From contig CBDBCZ010000018.1 of the NCBI GenBank assembly GCA_965203295.1, forward strand, positions 2,336,001-2,400,000: a stretch of 64,000 nt of DNA. The letters run 5' to 3'. The stretch's first letter is position 1. Every line of letters starts with the position of its first letter. Below, in pieces: positions 1-12,534 of this stretch. The position numbers and the translations under genes were made by a program. Origin of the DNA: Nitrospirales bacterium (GTDB lineage Bacteria; Nitrospirota; Nitrospiria; Nitrospirales; UBA8639). The notes below the pieces were generated by a model. It worked only from the letters and a program-made list of their open reading frames with translations. It was not told where the DNA came from and did not search any database.

Positions 1-1389
1 TGAAATAATAATACAATAATAATCAGCAATAGCAGGATAAACGTTGTACAAAATCTGAAATATGACTTCTACAATGTCATGCAAGTATATGCAGCACAAA
101 TGTGGCATACTCACATGAAATAAAAAAAGAACAGTTCAACGCGTGACAACAGCTTCATCACATGTAAATAGTCACGAAGAGAAAGTCTCGTCCACTTGAA
201 TCTTGACTTCCTGCTTCTAAATCAATCTTTATGCTGTTGTCCAAGGTATCTGCATTTGAAATCACCACTGATGCACTCTCTGGTAGAGCTTGTAAATTTT
301 TATTTGGGTGCTCGGATACTGTTGAGCTCCAGCCACTGCTTGTGATGTGTGTGAGCTCACTACCTGCACGGCAGTATAAACATTATACAATAGTCAACAT
401 GACATTGAAATCACCATTGTAGATGCAGTTACAGAAACACTATAATAGAGCCAATAACGGCTCGGTACAAATCTGACTAGTACACTCTAAAACGTTTGCA
501 TAGCCTATTTGTAGAATCTGAATGCCAGAGCTCAGTATGTATAAAACAACTAATGCAGTATTAGCAGAATCGATGATTATTGTTTTTGAAAGCACTGACA
601 GGCTCATGCAGTAACACTGTGCTCTTCTTGTACAGCCTGGTATTTTTCTGATGTAACTTTGCCTTCTGGCTTCCTACCCTGGGTGGTAAAACAATGTATA
701 AAGCTGGTGATGTTATGAAGAATAACATGAACACTTGGCCATCATTGTCTCTACCAAGTGAATCGGATCAGCTCTAGACCTCTACCGCAATCACTATATG
801 TATGCCACATATCATAGTGACCTAATACACTAGCTGTCACCATAGTCACTGTTCATTCCAGAGACTTTTATGCTTGCTTAACACAATGAGGTACATAAGC
901 AGAAAATCCTTATTGGTCCTGCTCTCTATCTGTACATGACTGCAGCCATTCATGCCTTTACTCCTCATTGAAATATCTTCAGAAACGTGTGGCCTAACCA
1001 GCAATAGAATTTGTGCAGATAGAGCCTGATTTTCGAACCATGAACCCAACAACTATTGAACCAAGGGAACAAAACTTTCAACCACTGCTCAAACTACACA
1101 GATGTACTATTACTTTATCCAATCAGTGGAAATGTACAAAACCAATTTATATGTATTTTTACCTTTCCTTCAAAGCTGTGCAGCAGTATTTTCAAAGGAA
1201 ACACTGATCTTTATGGACTTACACTGAAAATAATGACAGTCTCGCATCTTCAAGACGACAAAGACTAGTTATCTACTTTTGATTCCCCCCCCCCCCCCCC
1301 CCCCCCCCACAAACATACAATTTAAAAGTTAGGTATGCATTACATAAAAGTGTGCCAGAGACAGGACATAGCTAACAGTTGCATTAATT

Positions 1390-2640
1390 ACTGCTTATCT
1401 GTGATGGTAGGGAAATCGGAGAAAAGGCGATAATGTGTTATCTGTGATGGTAGGGAAATCGGAGAAAAGGCGATAATGTGTGGCAAAGCGGTTAGGTGGT
1501 GGAACGGGGAGAAGATTATGATAAGGAGACTGGTTTACAAGGAGATTAGTATTAGCAGGGAAGATAAATGGGGAGAGTGTTACAAACTATGTTCGGAAAT
1601 CAAGGAATTGGTATAGATAGTTGAAAGGAAGTGATTGAAAAGGCTAATAAAGATTTTCATGAAAACAGGAAAGAGTTCTTGGGCATTTGTTGGCAGGATC
1701 TTCAAAGGGTAGTCGTAAGGGTATGTTGCTTATTTGAGGGTTCATGTGTAACCAGTACCAAGGGAGTATTATGTGAGCATTATGAAAGACTGTCTACAGC
1801 ATCTGAAGATGTTCAGTTTGATGGTAGCTGGAAAGAGCATGTAGGGCAGAAAGTGACAGAGTACAGTGAAATGTCTCGATTACGGAAGGTTAAGGTTTTG
1901 GACAGTGGAATTAGTTTTGCAGAAATTTAACTAAAACCTTAAAGAATAATAATGCAGGAGGTAATGATCGGCTTGTCATTAGTCTGTTGAAAGTCTAATC
2001 TGAAGTAGTTTGTACAGTGGAGACTGTTCCAAAACAAAGAGGACAAGTGTTAATTTTTAGCTTGTATAAGAAAGGTGATACTGAGGGCCCGGGTAATTAC
2101 AGAGGCATTACATTATTGAATGTGGGAGGAAAATTGTTCTAAACAATCGCGTAGTAATCACATTAGAATAAGAAAGAGCTCTTTATGAAGATTTAGAGAG
2201 AAAATGAGTCATGTTGATGGCATCTTTGCTCTCAATGAAATCATACCACGTAGAATGAGGGACACTTAAGCTTTATTTTTTTTAAAGTAGTTGACAGAGT
2301 TGACATGATCACACAGAGTGCTGTTTTACTGAAGAGAGAAATATCTGATATAGGTCAGGGGGTGGCACAGATTTGTAGTATGTCACCTATCTTATTAACT
2401 CTATTAATCAGTTGCTAGATGAGGTTGAGAAGGCTGCGATTGGCATTAATATTAAGAAGGATGTTCAGGTTGGGGGTCTAATGTTTGCCGATGATTTTGT
2501 AGGTTTAACTCCTAATGCTGAGGACTTACAAACATTGATTAATGTAGTACAGGGGTTTTGTAATAAATGGAGGTTGAAATCTAACATAAAAAGAGTGTTA
2601 TTATGGTATTTTCTAAAGAGGTTGATACAGGCACATGTTC
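1390..2640 (+). mobile_element. Degenerate non-LTR retrotransposon (LINE) reverse-transcriptase fragment
   Basis: Encodes GLMFADDFVGL (YADD box), GVAQ.CSMSP.L, KGD...PGNYRGITLL and FCNKWRLKSN, with many stops and frameshifts. A 43-bp tandem duplication at ~1396-1480 is absent from the mirror copy. Confidence 0.9.
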
Positions 2641-3423
2641 TTATTCCGAAATCTGGCTCCAGGTGGACCAAATTTAAAAGGATTAGCTACTTGATGTAGA
2701 TGACCTACTGCACGTTAGAGACTCAGGTAAATTACATAGCTGCAATCCAGCATGCAGGTATGGGGCTATTATAATATAGGCTCATCGCGCTAAGCTGTCT
2801 GGCATACACAGCGTGCTTGATGTCTACACAGAAGCTTAACATTTCAATGACAATGTTGATGCATTTTATATACTAGATGTCAAGATATATACAGTACATA
2901 CTTTCCCCTATATTATACGGGCGCATACGTATGTATGTGTATCCCATAGCTGGGAGAGAGTTACGTGTACTTCATTACTCTACTTAGTGCTTACCGTTCG
3001 AGCGTGGCATGTTTCATATAAAATAACCCTCTCTCAATGCAACCTTCATCATGCAAACATCAATGTACATATGATACATTGTATTTTCATGTAACGTACC
3101 ATAGATAGCAGTAACATGAAGCTGTGATGGTTGAAGATTAGACAGCCCAAAATGCTCCAGTAAATCCTCTGAAATTTGTAATGCAGCTATAGACTCCAGG
3201 GATGCTGTGGAGAATACTGTGGAGAAGCCCCAACTACAAAATTTGTGGGTAGGAAAGTGAAAGATTGCAATCTATCATTTCTGGAAAACATTCTTTGGTT
3301 AGGGCATAGGAAGACCATTCAATGGTGCTTTTGAACTCCCAAATGCAATTTTATCACAAATTGCTACTCCGCTGTTCAGTTTTTAACTGCAATTCACATC
3401 CAAAGCAATGTAGGGACAGCCCG

Positions 3424-3614
3424 TGTACTTTATACTACACTGACCCTGAGTATTCACTGGCACTTGCTAGAGAGCCTCTGTGATTTTCATAGAGGCTCCG
3501 GTGCGAGCCTACAAAGCTTGGATTCAAGGAGAATGATGAACAGGGTCTAGGCAAAAAAGAGAGTGAACATCAGAGTGAAAAACCGTACGTACATACTATA
3601 TGAGGAAGGCTACT
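3424..3614. repeat. ~190-bp direct repeat, copy 1 (copy 2 at 6828-7018)
   Basis: tgtactttatactacactgaccctgag...tatgaggaaggctact occurs twice in the left arm but once (inverted, ~23162-23352) in the right arm. Confidence 0.9.
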
Positions 3615-3675
3615 CCCAACCCCCTTCAAGTACGTAATTCTATTTCTTTACAAAAGACTTAGTTTATCATTACTA

Positions 3676-4256
3676 CAGTAGACTAAGGTTATCAGGCACA
3701 CTTCATCATGTAGCACACATACGCTATCAGGCACATGCTCGCTTCTTGGCCCAAAGCTGTAAAAATTCAGAGGTAAAAACCTCGTTAACAGGCGCACATG
3801 TTACAATTAAACGAAACATGGGGTGGAGCAACTAGCACAAAAATAATTATTAAAGGATTGAACGAGAAACTAAGAGACTGTTAGCAGCTAGCTAGCTCTC
3901 TGGGTATGTGGCCAACAATCTTTCCGTCTCGATAGATAGCTACTGCTCGCTTGCCATGGTAGCACTGGGAACACTTTGTACACGTAGTGGCCACGAACAA
4001 CGCTTTCTTAGATCGTGATTCCATACTGGTAGTTAGTAATCTGCTAACAGCAACAAAGCTTCCCATTTTTTTAGCCAGCTAATGTAACCTTGCCGTGAAG
4101 AGCTTTAACTTTTTGCATCGACAGCTGTCGTTGACACATGCAATAAATAGGCATGGCAACCTTTAACCGCCGATATGTAGCACACTTCGTTATGTAGCGC
4201 ATACACTGTTGCTATTGTCCCAATTAGCGCATGCACCTGATAACTCGAGTCTACGG
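3676..4256. mobile_element. Non-autonomous TIR element (Tc2/pogo-like, TA TSD) with HIRAN-like fragment
   Basis: TA|cagtagactaaggttatcagg ... cctgataactcgagtctacgg|TA. The internal minus-strand peptide AVAIYRDGKIVGHIPRELAS resembles the HIRAN motif. Confidence 0.75.
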
Positions 4257-4289
4257 TATTTAAGCCATCCTCTCAAATCGACATGTAAT

Positions 4290-5412
<1,123 letters not shown>

Positions 5413-5557
5413 TCAGCTAACTGTGGAAAAACAATAGCAGTAAATTTCATATGTAGAGCTCGCCTTATTCCCATGTTCTACTACATAGGGTTTTTCACAC
5501 AGTACAAAAATAAAGCCGGGGAATGAGTCTGTGTCCCTATAGTCGTCTACATGTATA

Positions 5558-6162
5558 CCGTAGTGACCGGTTAATAAGCGCACACAGCTATTAGGCGCAT
5601 GTTTTATAATAAGCGCACACTTCCTTCCGGTCATTACGTCTTATTTAATTGGCGCATGCGCTTGTTACACGCGTTAAAATCGCCGACGTGTCGGTCAGTA
5701 CTGTTTTTTTGTGAGTGAGTTTGAGATTGAGATCGAGAGGGTACGCGCAGAAGTACCTGCAACCCAACCGTGCCTTAAAAAGTGCCAAATCTTACACGAC
5801 AGTTCTCGAGGGACGTGGCCTACTGTCACCGCTCCAGGCTTCAAAAGGCACACAGCAAACCGGTCATGTTCACTCTCCTCCTCGCGTAAAAGTTCAAGTA
5901 CCTCGCCAATAATAGGGGACCACACTCTTTTTTAGATATGGTGGCCGCGCACAACACTCTCATGCAGGTACACACCGTCTTCATGTCAGACTCGCGCTCG
6001 CCATAATTTGCCAATATCCACACGTACGTCGGTCGATACTAATACCGATAACTCATACCGGGTACCGCGATTACCGCTAACAAGCGCATACCGGCTAATA
6101 AGCGCATAGTTTCTTACTGCTGACTAGGATAGGCGCATGCGCTTATTAACCAGTCACTACGG
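5558..6162. mobile_element. Non-autonomous TIR element (Tc2/pogo-like, TA TSD) with HIRAN-like fragment
   Basis: TA|ccgtagtgaccggttaataagcgca ... tgcgcttattaaccagtcactacgg|TA (~25-bp TIR, 1 mismatch). ORF 5695..5925(-) reads WSPIIGEVLELLREEESEHDRFAVCLLK...VGHVPRELS, a HIRAN-like motif. Confidence 0.85.
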
Positions 6163-6827
6163 TATGGTACTCCAATCACAGTACACAAATGATTCACTGA
6201 TAGTAAGTGGATACACACATGCATTGCATATAGCATCAGAGGAGCAACATATACATACTTACTTGTACGTAAATTGCTAATGTGTATGGTATATTAATAT
6301 CCAGTATGTGTGCTTGTAGAATGCTCAAATTCTACTTGTATATGCACCTTCATTTCCAGGTCTTGTCCAATAATTCCAGCTTCTACGTACATGAATGGTG
6401 AGGTTCTCCACGTCCATCCACAGGATATGATCCATCTCTGTCATGTCCAAGGACACAATTACTTTTTTTCTTCTGATGGACACTAGGGCACCAGATACTA
6501 CCGACATATGTAATTTAAGAAAGTAGAATTGGGATAATTCAGTACATAAGTAGTTCCATTTCTACTCAGTTTTTGTATCATTAGTTGCAGGCAATGTGAA
6601 ACATACAGACAGTTAATATGGAGTAATCAAATGTAGTGTAACATGCACATGAAGAGTACATGTACATAATTATGTAGCTGCATGTATGGTGATTAGAACT
6701 TACAGCTCTGTATTCATGGACAGATGTCACGGTTCATGCATATAGTCATTACTGACCTCCAAATGGCACGATGCACACATCATACTTCACAGCAGCCTTC
6801 ACCACTACTTCCACATCTTCATGTCCA

Positions 6828-7018
6828 TGTACTTTATACTACACTGACCCTGAGTATTCAGTGGCACTTGCTAGAGAGCCTCTGTGATTTTCATAGAGGC
6901 TCCGGTGCAAGCCTACAAAGCTTGGATCCAAGGAGAATGATGAACAGGGTCTAGGCAAAAAAGAGAGTGAACATCAGAGTGAGAAACCGTACGTACATAC
7001 TATATGAGGAAGGCTACT
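6828..7018. repeat. ~190-bp direct repeat, copy 2
   Basis: Near-identical to 3424-3614. Confidence 0.9.
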
Positions 7019-7129
7019 GTGCATCGTCAGGTTGAGTGACAATAGCATAAGTGAGAATAGTTAGCTACGTGTATAATACAAGGTGCTACAAGTAAATGAA
7101 TGGTTTGCAATCTGCTAAGTATGGGTCTT

Positions 7130-8017
7130 CGAGGACTGGTCGTCGTGATTGCAGGCTCACACAACTAGTAGTACACCGATTCAGAAACAAAAATGTGTGC
7201 CACCTGCAGGGAATCATGATCAAGAGCTTTTCCTGTACTTATGCTCTTATATACAGTTATATGCAGTTGCACTGTATTGGTGGTGAAACTATGAATGTAC
7301 ATACAAAACCATATCAAAAGGTAAACACTATGAACAAATATGTCAGTGCTATAGTACATGTATGTGAAGTGACAGGTTCCTACCCTGAATCTCTGTAAAC
7401 ACATTAAGATCCATAAGTCTCTGTCCTACATCCTATAAAGTAAAGAGAAAATGATAGAATGTTCCAACTGCATGAATTAAAAAGTAAGAGGCATAGTCTG
7501 TACAACATAATATAACAACATACATACGTATAGGTGCAGTGCGTTCACACAGGGTGTGCAATTGAACACGCATGTCGTGCAAACATAAATGTACTTATGC
7601 AATGCAAAATGTAACATGTGAGCCTGTTAGTATCTAACAGGCACAGTGACACTACACAGTCATACTTACCCTAGCCACTTGCACATTAGAAACTCCCTCC
7701 ATATTGTGCACAAACCACTTCACTGCAGCTGAACCTGTAAAGATGTGTACTCCAGATGCTTCCTGTGGAGTAGGAACAATAGTTCCTTGCAGATGATTAT
7801 TTGCAGACAGCTGACACCGATAACTTACCAATACCTCTCCTCATTACATGCAACAGTATCAATGTACTATTAAACCCCAGTATTAACTGAGTTCTGAATA
7901 ACGTAATTGACACATGACATTATACATGCGTAATATTCTCACCTGGCATGGTATTCCTGTACTGGGATGTGCTAGTGCATCAATATACTCTCTAAGAGTA
8001 ATTGCCGAAGTATCATC
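7130..8017 (-). pseudogene. Four exons encoding a DEP domain (probably part of the kinesin-like pseudogene)
   Basis: AG/GT-bounded, phase-compatible exons: 8017-7943 DDTSAITLREYIDALAHPSTGIPCQ; 7762-7670 EASGVHIFTGSAAVKWFVHNMEGVSNVQVAR; 7432-7384 DVGQRLMDLNVFTEIQ(G); 7203-down GTHF/VSESVYY* (frameshift and stop). This fits the DEP pattern P.GI...F.GS.AV.W...A..GQ.L.D...F....YY. Confidence 0.75.
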
Positions 8018-10319
8018 CTGCAGAGAACAAGTGAGAACTAGAACCCTGCGTAGCTACATGTGCCTCTTCCACATAATGCATGTTACTCTGGTCCCGTTGT
8101 GGCTGTACCATCACATATGTTCATGCTCTTGCTATGTTAGTGTACTCACGTACAGGTGTGCTGCAAAATACATATACATGAAAAGTGGCACAATTCAAGC
8201 TTGATCGTGTAGCAATTGATTTACACTTCATTGTTGAGTTGAACACTACTAGCGTGAAGCAGATGAGCTCTCCATTAGATTGAATTTGATAGCAACTTTA
8301 AGTGAACTGAAACGTAACCGTTTTAAAACTAACTCACTTTTCAGCTTACCATTTTAACTACAGTATGTATTTAATGGTGTTTATACATGTATTACTGTCA
8401 GTCTGCACATATCTTCTTACAAAATGGAGCATACACATACTATGCACATGCCCTACAATGATGCGGTTAATTCCATAGCTGCCCTGACAAAAAAGCTACC
8501 TGATTGAGAAAAAGAAGTAAACAGGAATGTACTTACCTGACGATGATGATGATTACATAAATATGTATACATCTAACCAGTGCACGCCTGTTTAAACACA
8601 GTTACTCAAGTGTTAATACCATGAATGTACATACTGGTATACGTACAACTCACTGACCAGATGAATATTATGGGTGTGCAGTGAATAAGCGCTAAGGGGG
8701 CTCACTCCTCCGGCCTATAAAGCTTTGTAAACTATAGCCTGCAGGAAGAGGGACATGAAGATCTGTGAGACAGAAACCCAGCAACAGTACAGACATGCCT
8801 ACATTCTGAAGTACAATTGTAGTTAACATAACAACAGATGAGACATCTTTGCACAGATGCAGTGTCCACTCCCTGCAGTCTCTGTTTCAGACAAAAAAAA
8901 CATTGAAGGGAGACTTGAATATAAAGGAACTGGAAGAGTATGTACTTCCAAAACAGCTAGATGTTCAGATCATATTCAATCACAGTTATAATAGCTTCAG
9001 AGCTGAATCTCTACCTTATGAAGGCAAAATAGCGGTGGCTACTAATGAAGGGCAGTGTCTATTCGCGGAAACACAGTATTGATATGCACAGTGAAATTAA
9101 GAGATAAGAATTCCTGTAAACCCCATACATATGTATAGTGAAATTAAGAGATAAGAAAATAGGTGTTCCTGTTCTAGAAGCACCCTTTAACATCTCTGCA
9201 GACAGGGGATGATGCTTGACTGGGGCTTTAAGAAGAACATAACAATGCCCATAAATGTAATTACTGCAGAAAATGTATGAAGACCATTAAACACTAGCTT
9301 GATATCACTCTATCTACATCAGTGTGCATGGATTCAAGCTCTAACCACTTCAGTACTTTCCTTAATGGCCTCTCTTTTAAAAAACTCATGGACTCACAAG
9401 ATCTTCTTTCAATCTTTTCGGGTGTGTCTGGTTCATCCTGTGAGAAAGGGGGTATATTACGTACATATATGTATGCACACATAGTCTGAGTATGTGCCTA
9501 CACATACACTGCAACAGTAGTTATGATGGTACACGTATACAGATAATGCTACCATACTTTGACAATATATACCGGTATCATTGTATTTTCTATCATTTGA
9601 ATGCAATGAATGGTGTGTTCACATGTTAGGCATTGTAGTCGTTCCAGTGCTGGTGCTAGCCATGTTGGTTAGGCTGTGATTGGTTACCAGAGTGCTGCAG
9701 CGGGAACTTTAAAGTAGTACAGCTAGTAGCAATATCACAGCTGCTGGCAAAGCTGACCAAAAATTTCCATAGTTCATGGTAGTTCTATATGTGTAATAGT
9801 TACCTTGCTGTCGTGATCTGTACTTGTTGAGGGCTTGTGCTACCTGAGAAGGGCTTGTATCTGCGGAGTCAAAGCCAAGGGCTGGGCTCCCATCGTAAGG
9901 TTTGTGATTTTAGTATGAGCAAAAGGTTACTGTTTATTTGTACATATGATTAGCTAAGAGCTGAGGTGTTATTAACTTAATATTTGGTTGAAACTGGTCT
10001 TTATTCTTCTCTCCAAGTTTCTTTTTCACTGTAAGATTTTTTTGTGGTGAAAGGCTTTTTTCACACATATCACTCTATTTCACTGTACATTCACAAAGGC
10101 CGGAAGATGAGTGTGCAGAGGTGAAGAAAGGGAGGGAGTACTTTACCAAGCTAAGGGAAGAAATTGCAGCCTGGAGATGGACATGAAGGTGGAGTGCATG
10201 GTGCAGACTCACAATACAAAATCAACTGATTAAACTAGAGCTGGGATATACGTATGGGTCAAAGAATTTCCTTTTTTGTGGCCAGCTTATGTACCTGATT
10301 GTATATGCTGCACATGTAT

Positions 10320-11050
10320 AGATTATACGACGAGGGGGAGGTAGTTACGCGATTTATTCACCGAGTGCCGAAGGCACGAGGTGTATAAATCACGTAACTA
10401 CCAACCCCGAGGCGTATAACCGACTTGTACCATGGGCATAGCAACACTGTTCTGTAGCAATGCACTGCGTTACTATAAAAGTGTCAGTAGCTAATACAGT
10501 CAGTATGAAGCTTAGCGACAGTGGATTCTGCTGCGAATGTATACCGACAACTGCGGTTTGCCTACTGCCTTCAACAAGTTCCGTTGTTCTCGCTATTCTC
10601 AGTGAGTACCAGCATCAACTTCGTCCTATAACGGTTGTACCTAGCTATCGTTTCAACGAGAAGATACTCACCCGTGACCGACGGCGCTCCAGCGCTGCTT
10701 AGTCTCGTAGCGTTGCTAGTGTTGTACTCGTCTTAGCTCCGCCCTACGCTCCACCTACCAAATTGTTCGTTCGGACCCCACTCTATACGTCATTTGTGCT
10801 TACGTATTATGCGTCATACTCCTGATTGTAAGTCATGCACGCTTGCTGCCTCATTTATGTCTGCATTGTCATTATAATAATATGACTTCCACATTACACT
10901 GTTAGTCTGTATTAAACAACATGAAAATAGCAACCTTAATTAAGTCATACCCTCAGGGCCAGGTGAATAAGAACCCAGACAGGTGAATAAGTGATTTATT
11001 GACCTGTGAGCAGTGAATGTGATTGGTCTGTTTAAACAACCATGGTACAA
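10320..11050. mobile_element. ~730-bp insertion with a ~97-nt terminal hairpin, present only in the left arm
   Basis: Absent from the mirror position (~21200-21215). Hairpin 10323-10419 is centred on gtgcc-gaa-ggcac. Internal ttgtaccatgg is inverted to terminal ccatggtacaa. Confidence 0.75.
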
Positions 11051-11454
11051 TCTCTATTATACCACAATACGTAAGTTTAAGTGCTACTGAATGACAACTC
11101 ATGATTATATTAATCTTTCACCTGCTATGTATGTACAAAGCAAGTGGTGGGGTTGAACCTTTACAAAGATTTTCAGTGGAAAGCTTTATAATGTTAATGT
11201 CAGACCGGGGAAGAACAATCTCAGGCCCTGCGAAATATTATCATCCCCTGCATCCAAACTACATGGGTAAGAGTTGACTCAATTAGTCTACCAGGCTATT
11301 AAATGCTTCGTAAAAACTCTGCTGCTGGTTGCTGGTAGTATACGTATACATCTAACATGATCAGTTGTAATTTGGCAAAAACATGCATATGTACATATCA
11401 CACATACATATGTTACTTCCCTACATACACCGTTCACAAACGGCTTTTACATAC

Positions 11455-12530
11455 CACTTTTTCCAGGTCTGCTATCTTGCCATACAAGGCATCTCTCTCA
11501 GCTTGAGCTTGACTCATTAACTGTTGGTGGGCCTCCAGAACTGCTGCCTATGAAGGAGAGGTATTGGGAGAATCGTTTCAACAGCAGTAGATTCAACATG
11601 GCAGACTTGTCTCAATTGCACCCTTCTCATCTTTTCCTTTTGAGCTTCCTCCCTTTCTCTTTCAAGCCTCTCAATTTCTTCATGACCCAAAATATTCTCC
11701 CTATAGCAGCAGTATGTAGATGTAGGCTGTATCTCAATTATCGCAAATAGCTAATATGTTTGTACACGTGTTTTAGCTGTTGAAGTGGGTTATATCTTAA
11801 TTATCGTACTAATAATATGAACCTGTGTTCAAGCTGTTGCTTCAACTTTGTGATCTCTTGCTGATAGGCTGACAGCAGTGCTTTCTGTGACATGTCCTTG
11901 TTGATCTGCACAGTGTTCTTGCTACTTTTTGCCCTGAGTATTCAAGTGTGGATGTAGAAAGAGAATACTGCTAAGAAAGAACTGATAAGAAGCATGTTTT
12001 AAAAAGCGTAAAGACAAACCAATCTGAAGAAAACAGATTTAGCCAGGGTCTCTGAATACAACACTAGGTGTGCTAGTAGTGATGGCTGCCAGCAGATATG
12101 TATACAACTCAGCCGTTACTAGTATGAAATATGTACGTGAACAGACTGCTACGTATTTGCATGTAACATTTAATGGAGGATAATAATAGCATGCTTCCCT
12201 TACACCACAGTAAATTCTCATACTTCATTTTCATGGTGGGTGCAATTACGTGCAAATAAGTACTGGATACTGGTATACACGTATGTACACGCGTACCTCT
12301 GTTTTTCCAAATCTTATACTGGGTTATTGCTGCATACGTAATTCATTGCACTAATCTTATGTACATGGACAGTACCTTTTGGCAAATTTGAGTGTATTGA
12401 GTGACTATGCATACCTACGTACTAGAGACAGGTATGATGGTAGCAATGAGGGTGGTTTTGCAGTTGCCTCCAAGGCAGTCCTGCAGCAACCGTGTCAGCT
12501 TAGAATCTCAATAAGGAATATACTTCACCC
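11455..12530 (-). pseudogene. Kinesin-like gene fragment (motor C-terminus, neck, coiled coil), copy A
   Basis: Exon ~12527-12376 reads [30 protein letters not shown]...SLNTLKFAK(R), the kinesin [18 protein letters not shown] motif with CGA>TGA. Exon 11933-11823 reads RAKSSKNTVQINKDMSQKALLSAYQQEITKLKQQLEH. Further exons read ENILGHEEIERLEREREEAQKEK and AERDALYGKIADLEK. Confidence 0.9.
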
Positions 12531-12534
12531 CCTA

